DNA of 64,000 nt from the NCBI RefSeq assembly GCF_963921235.1, contig NC_086097.1, positions 168,208,001 through 168,272,000 of the forward strand, given 5' to 3'. Every line of letters begins with the position of its first letter. Positions within the stretch are counted from its first letter, which is position 1. The DNA is from Mobula hypostoma. Lineage: Eukaryota. The notes under the pieces are model-generated. The model was not told where the DNA came from. It worked only from the letters and a program-made list of their open reading frames with translations, and ran no database searches. The position numbers were made by a program, and so were the translations under genes. Of this stretch, positions 24,296-35,639 are shown one piece after another.

Positions 24296-25639
24296 TGTGA
24301 CTCCAGACCCATCGTTATACAGCATGGCAACAAGCCCCACAGGCCAACTTTTACATGCCAACCAAGAAGCCCATTTATGCCTCACTTGCCTCTGTTCACC
24401 TTATACTCCGAGTCTAACCCTTTCCTATCCATGTACCTGTCCAAATGTCTTTTAAATGTTGTGATTTTAACTGTCTCAACCACTTCCTCCGGCATCTCAT
24501 TCCATACATGCACCACCCTCTATGTGACAAAGTTGCTCCTCAGGACCCTTTCAAATCTTTTTCCCTCTCACCTTAAACCTGTGCCCTCTAATTTTAGATT
24601 CCCTTTTCCTAGATTTCACTATTGATTCACTATATCTATGCCCCTCCTGCTTTTATACACCCTTATTGATTCATTCATTTGTAACGGTGGCCTGAAAGGA
24701 TCCAGTTGAGCACTGAATTCAGGAACAGTTACTGAAGGCAATATATCCCTCATCTCACAAATAAGTACATTGTTAAAAATCCTGGAACTGTTTTCCGTCA
24801 ATCTCTACTCAAATATGGGACATGCACAGATCTGCAATCTCCTTAATTCTCACCTTTGAACATCAGTGACCCATTGAAAGGTTAAAATATATTAAAATAA
24901 TTTTCATGCAAAATGCTCTGAAAATATTCCGTCCTTTCACAAGAAGTGAGAAAGTATCTTCTGGAGATAATGTCACGTATAGAACTGAGAGGTGAACATC
25001 AGGTGTGGGTAAACATCGATTGGTTTTACGCTAGTTCAGTAAGGATTAAGCAGGCAATGATGAAGGGTCTCAATCCATAACAGCAATTGTCCTTTTCTCT
25101 CCATAGATGCTGCCTGACCTGCTGAGCTCCTCTAGCATTTTGTGTGTTGCTGGGAGAGAGAAGACAAGTTTGTTTTAATTAGCAGAGAGGATGAAGTCAT
25201 GATGGATAGGAGAAAGGGAATTTTGCTAAGGCCAGGTCAGGTAGCAGTGGTGATGAGCTGCTGTTGGTACCATTTGGTTAATGAGGACATATGGGAAGAG
25301 AAAGAACACAAATGCAGCTCATCATGTGGGAAACGATGAGCAATTCAGACCGTGACAGTGAGAGAGAAAAGCTGAGCCAATGTTACTGATGAGTGACTTA
25401 CAGCAAAACTGACTGGTTCTGATGTAAACAGAGCAAGTAAGTTTCCTAAATTTGTTGCACTCAATATCAGGAGGAAGATTCAATACTATTACTCAAGTGT
25501 AGGTTGGGTCTTTTGTAACCATGCAGAAGGCCACAGATATATTAAGAGTGGGATTGAGGAGTACAGAGACAGGTAAGTGGAGGTTCAGCCTGAAGGCAGG
25601 TGTCTGCAAAACAGTCACATAATCTGTGTAACACACACA

Positions 25640-26500
25640 CATACACACACACACAAAATGCTGGAGGAACTCAGCAGGCCAGGCGGCATCTATGGAAAAG
25701 AGTGAACGGTTGATGTTCCGGGCTGAGACCCTTCAGCAGGACTGGAAAAAAAAGAGAAGTCAGAGCAAGAAGCTGGGTGGAGGGGAGGAAGGTGGTAGGT
25801 CATAGGTGAAACCGGGAGGGAGGGGTGAAGTAAAGAGCTGGGAAATTGATCGCTGAAAGAGATAAAGGGCTGGAGAAGGGGGAATCTGATAGGAGAGGGT
25901 AGAGAACCATGGAAGAAAGGGGAGGGGGGAGGTGATGGGCAGGTAAGCAGATAAGGTGAGAAAGTTAAACAGGAATGGGAATGGTAAGAGGGGCGCAATT
26001 ACCAGAAGTTCAAGAAATCGATATTCATGCCATCAGGTTGGAGGTTACCCAGATGGAATATAAGGTGTTGCTCCTACAACCTGAGTGTGGCCTCATCACA
26101 GCAATAGAGAAGGCTGTGGACTGACATGTCGGAATGGGAATGGGAAGTAGAATTGAAATGGGTTGGCCACTGGGAGATCCTGCTTTTTCTGTCAGGTGCT
26201 TGGCGAAGCAATCTCCCAATCTATGTCAGCTCTCACCGATATACAGGAGGCCACACCGGGAGCACCAGATACAGTAAATGACTCCAACAGATTCACAGGT
26301 GAAGTGTTGCCTCACTTGGAAGGACTGTTTGGGGCCCTGAATGGGTGTGAGGGAGGAGGTGGTGGGGCAAGTGTGGCACTTGTTCTGTTGGCAAGGCTAA
26401 GTACTAGGAGGGAGATCAGTGGGGAGGAACAAATGGACAAGGGAGTCACGAAGGGAGCGATCCCCGTGGAGAGCAGACCGTGGTGGGGAAGGATCAATGT
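25640..26500 (-). mobile_element. Penelope-like element 3' part (GIY-YIG + hammerhead-bearing end)
   Basis: Homologous to 29209-30076; degenerate hammerhead motif at ~25706-25744. Confidence 0.85.
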
Positions 26501-28137
26501 GCTTCACTGCAGGAGAGGTTACATTGCGAATACCAAATACAGTGCACTGGATTAGAAGAAGTGCACTTGAATCTCAGCGTTCCAAAGGATCAGGGAAGCT
26601 CTCACTTCCAATTCTAACCCCTCACTGAGTATTTGTAAAAACAGATTAATTGATTGTCATTACAGTAGTAAATTTGGCACTTTCTACTTCACAAGTGACC
26701 GCACTTACGAACAAAGCATTTGGGATGATGTGCAAAGGACTGGCTATATGAATGCAAGCTTTTCGAACTAACCATCATTAAATTGTTCTTTGCACTTACA
26801 CCAGTGAAAGGAACATTATGTGAAGATCATGCTGGGTCAGCAGAGGAGTGCCCTCTTAATACCAGGGTCTTGGCAAAAGTACATGTTTTCACTGGATAGA
26901 AAATCACCCATTTTTATCTCCTCCAAAGACTTGCACTTGCGCCAAAACATGGAGTGTAGAAATGATTATGGCCCTATGAGACTGATTGTACTCGAGTCAT
27001 CCTTAAAGAATACCCCAGGCTGATATATAGTCATAGAGTTATAGAGCCAACTTCAGTCCCAACTTGTCCATGCCAACTATGCTTTCTATTTGAAAATATT
27101 TCCCCTCAGGTCCCTTCATTTTTTCTCTTCTCACCTTAAATCTATGCCGCCTAGTTTTAGACTCCCTTGCTGTGGGGAAAAAAGCTGTCACCATTTGCTT
27201 TAGCTATGCCCTTCCTGATTCTATGTTCCTCTGTAGGCCACCCCTTAGTTTCCTAAGCTGCAGCTTAGTTCTGCAGCCTCTCCGACCTAATGACATCCTT
27301 CCTATAGCATGGAAAGCAGAAATGGAACCTCCAAGTGTGGTCTCACCAGCATCACGTACAGTTGTCACAACTCTTGTACTCAGTGTACGGACATTGACGG
27401 CAGTCAACAAAACACTCCCAAGGTTTTCAGAAATCTCATGGACCATCCAACGTCCAAAGCCAGTAGTGGAACACGACCCAAACCCCTGCCAACACGGACC
27501 GTCCCACCCCTAAATGGTGAACTTCCTGGCTGACCACCAGCATCACCGACCCAGGTGACGCAGAGCAAAATGGCCCTCAGCTCCATGATGTAAGACTAGG
27601 GCAGATGTGGCCAACTGCTCCACAAGTGAGGAACAGCTCAAACTGTGACTGTGATGATTGAGTTAAACTGAACTCCCACCAGTTCTGGTGACGTTCCAGC
27701 TGTTCACACTGTCTCACCTAAAGCTGTTGAAAGGATTGCTACTCCTGGAGTTAAACTGTGGCTGCCGCTTCTGCCTCACAAATTGACAGATGGGTTAATA
27801 ACAAGTCTTTTTCATGGGGTCAAACAGTCTAAAGCTAGAGGTCATAGGTATAAAATGAAAGGGGAAATAATTAAAGGGGATCCAAGAGGCAAGTTTTCCT
27901 CATCAACAGTGGTGAGTATATGGAATGAGCTGCCAGAGCCAGAGGTAGAAGTGGGTACAATTGCAAATTTAAAATACAAGAGAGTGCAGATACTGAGTAA
28001 CACACACAAAATGCGAGAGGAACTCGGCAAGTCGGGCAGCTATGGAAAGGAATAAACAGTCAAAGCTTTGGGCCAAGACCCTTCATCAGGACTGTGGCTG
28101 CTTCCTCTGCCATACACATGTGTTACAAACAATAAAG

Positions 28138-28427
28138 TAAAGGCATCCGTTAGTCTTGTGAGACCATGGATCTGCGCCTGGAAAGTCTTCACTCTCCTGG
28201 GCAAGGTTGTATGGAAGACCAGCACTTGCCCATGCTGCAAGTCTCCCCTCTCCACGACACCAATGTTGTCCAAGGGAAGGGCATTAGGACCCATACAGCT
28301 TGGCACCAGTGTTGTCACAGAGCAATGTGTGATTAAGTGTCTTGCTCAAGGACACAACACGTTCCCTTGGCTGGGGCTCAAACTCACGACCTTCAGGTCG
28401 CTAGTCCAATGCTTTAACCACTTGGCA
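28138..28427 (-). mobile_element. tRNA-derived SINE
   Basis: Minus strand begins GTGCCAAGTGGTTAAAGC (A-box-like) and GAGTTTGAGCCC (B-box-like), followed by a CCTTGAGCAAGACACTT core. Confidence 0.65.
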
Positions 28428-29208
28428 CAAACAGACAGACAGGGTAAATGATCACAGTCTTCAAGAAGGCTCTTGGCCAAATTGTCAACTGCTAATTCCT
28501 CTCCATAGATGTTGCCAGACCAGCTGAGTTCCTCCAGCAATTTGTGTGCGTTACTCTGCAACATTTAAAACACATTTCAACGGGGAAATGATTAGAGAGA
28601 TATCAGTCAAAGGCAGGCAAATGGGCCTAGCTCAGGCAGGCACCTTGGTCAACAAGGACGAGTTGGCCTGAAGGGCCTGTTTCTATGCTCTGTGACTCTT
28701 ATTAGGATCAGAGGTAGCTGTGGTTCTGAGGATTCGGGGAACATCCAGGAATATGCATAGTTGGAGGTAATAACCAGGGGATTGTCTCCTCTGCTCTGCA
28801 TTTGGGTCAAACTTATACATGTCTTGATAGGAGAGGTATAGGAGGCTTGACCCAAACACGGAGCAGTGGAGATGATTTGGTGGTGAGTGATTAATAATAA
28901 ACTGCAAAATAGCAAGACATGAGGGGCCACAAAACAAGAGAGAACAGATGTGTAGTTCAACAAGGTAACTGAAGGCTCGGAGTAACTGGTTGAAGTCGGA
29001 TGGTTTCATATGAGTGAACAAGAATTGTGGATGAGAGCTAGATTTAAATGGGAGGCAGGTGAAGTGTTGGAAGTGAGTGACAGGTGACTCCTATTAGCTA
29101 GGTGGAGTCTGGAAGGACAACACTCCTGACCCAGGATTTCTCAGCCAGCAGTGAGGGTTTCTCTCTGTCCAAGCATCAGAGTGACTGCAAATGACATCTA
29201 ATAAACAA

Positions 29209-30076
29209 GCAACACACATCAAAGTTGCTGGTGAACGCAGCAGGCCAGGCAGCATCTCTAGGAAGAGGTACAGTTGACGTTTCAGGCCGAGACCCTTTGT
29301 CAGGACTAACTGAAGGAAGAGTTAGTAAGAGATTTAAAAGGGGGAGGGGGAGATCCAAAATGATAGGAGAAGACAGGAGGGGGAGGGATGGAGCCAAGAG
29401 CTGGACAGGTGATTGGCAAAGGGGATATGAAAGGATCATGGGACAGGAGGCCCAGGGAGAAAGACAAGGGGGGGCAGGGAAACCCAGAGGATGGGCAAGG
29501 GGTATAGTCAGAGGGACAGAGGGAGAAAAAGGAGAGTGAGAGAAAGAATGTGTGTATAAAAATAAATAACGGATGGGGTACGAGGGGGAGGTGGGGCATT
29601 AGCGGAAGTTAGAGAAGTCAATATTCATGCCATCAGGTTGGAGGCTACCTAGACGGAATATAAGGTGTTGTTCCTTCAACCTGAGTGTGGCTTCACCTTT
29701 ACAGTAGAGGAGGCCGTGGATAGACATGTCAGAATGGCAATGGGATGTGGAATTAAAATGTGTGGCCACTGGGAGATCCTGCTTTCTCTGGCGGACAGAG
29801 CGTAGGTGTTCAGCAAAGCGATCTCCCAGTCTGCGTCGGGTCTCGCCAATATATAAAAGGCCACATCGGGAGCACTGGACGCAGTATGTCACCCCAGTCG
29901 ACTCACAGGTGAAGTGTCGCCTCACCTGGAAGGACTGTCTGTGGCCCTGAATGGTGGTAAGGGAGGAAGTGTAAGGGCATGTGTAGCACTTGTTCCACTT
30001 ACACGGATAAGTGCCAGGAGGGAGATCAGTGGGGAGGGATGGGGGGGATGAATGGACAAGGGAGTCGCGTAGGGAG
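29209..30076 (-). mobile_element. Young 5'-truncated Penelope-like element with open GIY-YIG endonuclease reading frame and 11-bp TSD
   Basis: ORF 29599-30076: CxxxxCxxC, GVTYCVQCSRCGLLYIGETRRRLGDRFAEH, PVATHFN, LQPDGMN. TSD CTAATAAACAA at 29198-29208 and 30077-30087. Hammerhead motif at 29271-29308. Confidence 0.9.
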
Positions 30077-31589
30077 CTAATAAACAAAACTGGAAGGCTG
30101 CAGGCTGCTGTGATTTCAATCCCTTTTTGACCCTGGTTTAAAAATATCTGCGGAATGAAGGGTGGGCCTTCTTCTTTGCTTTAAACAAATGTTGATTAGC
30201 AAGTATATTGTTAGCAGGTGGAGTACAGTAACTACACTGAGATTAGCAAACAGATGGTTGTAACCACAACAGTTGGTGCAAAGCAAAAGGAGCTGTACTT
30301 GCTGGAAGGTGAGAGGAAAGAAGGCTCTGCTCATTGCTGTTGTTCTATTTTCTGTCTCTCTGTCACTAGACAGGGAAGTAACCACTTCCTCTTGTTACTC
30401 TTTTAGCACTTGGAACGCTTATAAAATTCGAGCAAACCACCTTGCTCCCCAGCCTGCATCACTTTCAACGGGAACTTGTTACACAGTAAGATGTGGCATT
30501 CAGTGATCGAGGAGCCAGGAATGAAGAGAGTGAGATATAACACTAAGTGCAAAGGTATTTGGATCTCAGATGTTGTAAAGTTACAAAATTTCCTTCAGAA
30601 TTAGTGGCTGAAAGCAAGTCTTTGTTGATATTTAATAGATTAGATAGAGGAGTGAAGGAGAGGGGATTGCAGAAGGATTAGTACTGCTCCCGGTGTGAGG
30701 GATGGACACCAGTCAGGAATTTATAAACTGGAGAGCATCATTTTAGCAAGGAGCCGTCATGTAAAGTTAAAGTAACTACCATTTTAAAATATTCCCTTCT
30801 TTCATGACCTGCATTCAATTGCCTAGAATGAAATAATTCTGCCTAATTAATTTGCCAGCATTTCCAAGTTTGTACAATGAGGAAGAGAGGTGTTTGAAAG
30901 CTGAAGGCCAGTCTCAGCCAGCCAGCTGGGAGAGTCAAATGACGACCTCAGATCCCTGGAGCTGAGAGAAATCTTTCATACCCCCACCCCCACCACTCCA
31001 GCAGCTGTCAGTGAGCCACAGTGCGGTTCACTTTTGCTCACACACCTGCCACACTGCATACACCCTGTGACAAGAAGCTTTATGCATTTTCTAAATTTAA
31101 AGTGACACATTAGCTTTGGTCACAGATGTAAAAAGAAAGGATTTGCTCCAGATCCTTCCCTATTTAGAGAAGCAATAAGCCTAATGCAAAGAACAGAATC
31201 CTTATGACATACAAAGCAACCATTCATGCCAGTGAAACCTTGGTTCCCCGTGAGGCAATTCCTTCAGTCTCGATCCCCTGTTTATGTTCCCCCAGATAAA
31301 CTACAGGATTTCTAATTTACTTTCCAAAATCCTGATTGGTTGTTTCCATCAGCTGTATAGGCAGCAAGTTCCAGACCTTCACCATGATGTGTTTCTTCAC
31401 ACAACTTCTTTGACTATAATCAATTCTAATGAAAGATCATTGAAATGAAATCTGTTTCCCCATCACCCATAAATGACCTGAAGGTTATTTCCAATATCCG
31501 TGTCACTTTTTAGCTTTCGAAACTGTTTTATATTGGTTCAATACAAACTCCTTAAATATTGGGTGCAAACTTTTCGAGAAATTAACTCC

Positions 31590-32125
31590 AAAGGATGACA
31601 TTTTTATTGCCTAGTTGGAGTATTGTGTTCATTTCTGGCCGTCTCATTATGGGAAGGATGTGGAAGCTTTACTGAGGGTGCAGAGGAGATCGACCAGGAT
31701 CAGAGAGCATGCCTTATGAGGAAAGGTTGAGCAACCTAGGACATTTTCTGTTTGGAGAGGTGGAGGATGAGAGGTGACTTGATAAGATGATAAGCAGCAT
31801 AGACCGAGTGGACAGCCAACAGCTTTTTTCCCTGGGCGGTAATGGCTAATATGCAACGGCATACTTTTAATGCAATTGGAGGCAAGTCTAGGGGATTGTC
31901 AGGGGCAGATTTTTTGAGATTTTTTTACACAGCATATAAAGCATGAAATGCTGGGAGTGGTGGTAGAGGTAAAACATTAGGGACATTGAAGAGACTCTTA
32001 GGTAGGCATATGGATGAAAGAAAAATGGAGGACTATGGGGGAGGCAAAGTTTAGAACGATCTTGGAGTAGATTAAAAGGTCAGTACAACGCCAAAGGGCC
32101 CGTACAGTACTCTTCTGTTCTATTG
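31590..32125 (+). mobile_element. Degenerate CR1 3' fragment
   Basis: LEYCVHFWPSHYGKDVEAL peptide and CR1 3' UTR. Confidence 0.75.
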
Positions 32126-33759
32126 TCAATGCTCTTGTACTTGACTTCATAAAACATAAAAAAACACTGAACACAAAACACCTGCATCAGCATTAATTAC
32201 TGTTGTTTCTGGGTAGACAAGTTCCTATGAAGGGTCCTCAACCTGAGACATTCACTCTCTTTCTCTTTCCACACCCAGGGATCCTCTTTCTGCTTCATGA
32301 CCAGTTGACTATCTACACAATCACACTACAGTAACTTTGGATAGTAGTTTCCCCGTAAGTTTCTTCCTGGTCAAATATCTGCAGGTCAGATATTCTAGCC
32401 TCCCAAAACCTGTCTGCTGGGGGTCAGAGGGATATCGATTTGCTGAGGTTAGTGGTCAGTATGTGCTCAGTGTTGTAGGAAGTTACGGAGTATTGAGGTT
32501 AATTGCAAGATCACACAAAGAGACGCATCAACAGGCACAAGAGATCCTGCAGATGCTGGAAATCGTGAGCAACACATGTAGATACTGGTCTCCCCTCACC
32601 TGATCTACTGGCTTCTACTCCTTCCTCTCTCCCCACCTTCTTATTCTGGCTTCCTCCCACTTTCTTTCTAGTCCTGACGAAGGGTCTTGGTTCAAAACAT
32701 TGACTGTTTATTCCCCTTCATAGATACTGCGTGACCTACTGAGTTCCTCCAGCATTTTGTGCATATTGCACAGTAACTTTTTTAAAGAGTTAATATGTTG
32801 TTTACAGGTCACATCCATCCTGGGGGATACAGTGGGCCTTACGGTTCCAGCCACACAGGTTCAGTCCTGACTTCTGGCACTGTCTATGTGGAATCTGAGT
32901 GTTCTCCCTGTGACTATGATAGTTTCCTTTGGGTGCTTCTCTTCCCTCCACATCTCAACAATGTTTTATAGGTGGAACTGAGAAATAAGAAGGAAATAAT
33001 CACATTGTTGGGATTGTGCTAGGGGCCCCGAAGTAATCAGTGGGAGTTAGAAGAACAAATAGACAGGAAAATTGTGGAGTTCTAAGAATAATAGGATTGT
33101 CATAGTAGGGAATTTTAAATTTCCTAATGTAGTCTGGAACTGCCATACTGTTAAGGACTTACATGGGGTGGAATTTGTTAAATGTGTTCAGCAAAGTTTC
33201 CTTGGGCAATATATCGGGGCCCTACTCAGGTGAGGACAGAGCTCAACCTACACTTAGGGGATAGGGCAGGACAGGTGACTGAAGTGATAGATGGGGAGCA
33301 ATACGAGACCAGTGATCATAAATCTATTAGTTCAAAATGGTTATGGAAAGGAACAGAACTGATCCTCTGCTTCAGATTCTAAATTGGGGTAAAGCAAATT
33401 TTGATGGTATGAGAGTAGATATGACCCAATCCATCATGAGTAAAGCTGCCCCCCCCCCCGCCACCATTGAGCATATCTACACAGAGCATTGTTACAGGAA
33501 AGCAGCGTCCAAAATAAGGAACTCCCTCCACCCAGGTCAAGCTATCTTATTGCTGCTGCCTTTGGGAACCTCAGGACTCACAGCACCAGATTGCAGAACA
33601 GTTATTACCCCTCAACCATCACGTTCTTGAACCAGAGGGGATAACTTCACTTATCTTTTCACTAAACTGACTCCACAACCTATGGGCTCACTTTCAAGAA
33701 CTTTTTATTTCATGTTCTCAATATTAATTGCTGATTTATTTGTTAATTTTTTTTCTCAA

Positions 33760-35215
33760 CTCAAGCTGTGGTAGGGGCAAAGCCAGGCACACTCATTTCT
33801 CATTGCGTGGAGCTTTCAGACTATGCTAGGGGTGTTTAGTATTGTGGATCTCTGAAGATTTACATAAATATTGCTGTATAGACCTAATTATTTAATGCTA
33901 TAGTGCAGTGTCTTTGGGATGATACCAGTTGTAGATATTACTATTGGAACATTGTATACCTTGTTTATGTTCCATAGTCTTTCGATTTCCTCTTGTAATT
34001 CAGGTTATTTCTTGTGTTTTTACTTACTGATTTCTGTACATTATGTGTGTTTGGAATGATTATATCTATTAAGTAAGTTGTTCTTATTTATCCTGTATTA
34101 TATCTGGATGGTTATTATGGATTGTCATATCTGTAATAAAGGATCAGTTGTAATATAATTTGTAGGACACTGACTCTAAAACTGGATCAGTCTTGTACTT
34201 ATAGTAAGGTATGGTGTCTTTTATGAGTTTGTACCTCAAAGCAAGACCTTGATGAATGGTTTTTGCCATTTGATTGTACTTGTGCAAGTAATCAGATTGA
34301 GTTCAACCACTGTATGTTGGATTGTTTCTGATTTCTCTTAGCATTTTCTGCATTTATCATCTTGGTTTGTTGGTTTTTTATTATGTATTTTGATCATTTT
34401 TGTGTTAACCACGTGGTCCTGTATTGTCACAAGGAATCTTTTTATTTCTGGGAAGTGATCTCCAACTCTGAGCCAGGTATTCGATGCCTCCTTGTTGACA
34501 TCTAGTCTGCTGAGATCGTGGAGATGTCTTCCACGGAGGGTCATGTTCTCCTGTTGGGTAACTTTTTCTTCTTTTGTGATAATTTCTTCATTTTTCCGTG
34601 TTGTGCTTTCATTTAAGTTTAGTGGTGTGTTCTTCTTATCAGAATTACATAGTCATAGTCATACTTCATTGATCCCGGGGGAAATTGGTTTTTGTTACAG
34701 TTGCACCATAAATAATAAATAGTAATAGAACCATAAATAGTTAAATAGTAATATGTAAATTATGCCAGTAAATTATGAAATAAGTCCAGGACCAGCCTAT
34801 TGGCTCAGGGTGTCTGACCCTCCAAGGGAGGAGTTGTAAAGTTTGATGGCCACAGGCAGGAATGACTTCCTATGACGCTCTGTGTTGCATCTCGGAGGAA
34901 TGAGTCTCTGGCTGAATGTACTCCTGTGCCCACCCAGTACATTATGTAGTGGATGGGAGACATTTACCAAGATGGCATGCAACTTAGACAGCATCCTCTT
35001 TTCAGACACCACCGTGAGAGAGTCCAGTTCCATCCCCACAACATCACTGGCCTTATGACCGCATGGAGTGCTGAATCCTTTTTTTGTTGATGAAAATATA
35101 TCTGACTGTTGTGTAATTTTTTAATGTTTGTTATTTCTCTTCCTCCTTCTGTCCTAGGTAGTGTTAGTATAAGTACATTCAAGTGAACATAGTGATTTCT
35201 AAAATTTGTCATTTC
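33760..35215 (-). mobile_element. R4/Dong-like non-LTR retrotransposon remnant with restriction-like endonuclease domain, interrupted at ~34630-35055
   Basis: Minus-strand peptides LRGRH..VNKEASNTWLRVGDHFPE..FLVTIQD, KCRKC, YLHKYNQ (RHN-type motif), TIHNNHPDI..LIDI (PD..D), VPIVISTTGIIPK. Confidence 0.7.
34630..35055 (-). mobile_element. Young Rex1/Babar- or L2-type LINE 3' fragment nested in the R4-like element
   Basis: Open peptide HPLHNVL...CNTERHRKSFLPVAIKLYN; (ATAGTC)n tail near 34630-34645. Confidence 0.75.
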
Positions 35216-35385
35216 TATTCTTATTTTTCTTTTTTTTCCTTTTTTTGTATTTTCACAGTTTGGTGTCTTTAGCACACTGGTTGTCTGTCCTGTTGGGTGT
35301 GGTCTTTCATTGATTCTACTATGGCAATTGGATTTATTGAGTATGCCGACAAGAAAATTAATCTCAGGGTTGTACATGGTGACAT

Positions 35386-35593
35386 GAAAAGGACTCACGA
35401 GAGAGCATAGGCCGTCAACTTTTTGCTGTTGATGTTTCTGTAGCAGGCAATTTCTTTTTTACGAGGTTGAGTTGCTAGCTCGATGCTCAACCCAGCATGG
35501 ATGGAAAGTGTGCACAGGAGCCGGCTGGGTTCGAACTCGGGACCTTCCGCCCCAAAGTCCAGCATTGATGCCACTATGCCACCAGCCGGCCAG
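35386..35593 (-). mobile_element. tRNA-derived SINE with near-perfect TSD
   Basis: A box TGGCATAGTGG and B box GAGTTCGAACCC on the minus strand; flanks CATGGTGACAT (35375-35385) and CATAGTGACAT (35594-35604). Confidence 0.75.
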
Positions 35594-35639
35594 CATAGTG
35601 ACATACATGTACTTTAATAATAAATTTACTTTGAACTTT

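Noticed and set aside
35500..35593. tRNA gene (also ~28360-28427)
   Set aside because: A and B boxes are present but run directly into SINE bodies; no convincing full cloverleaf.
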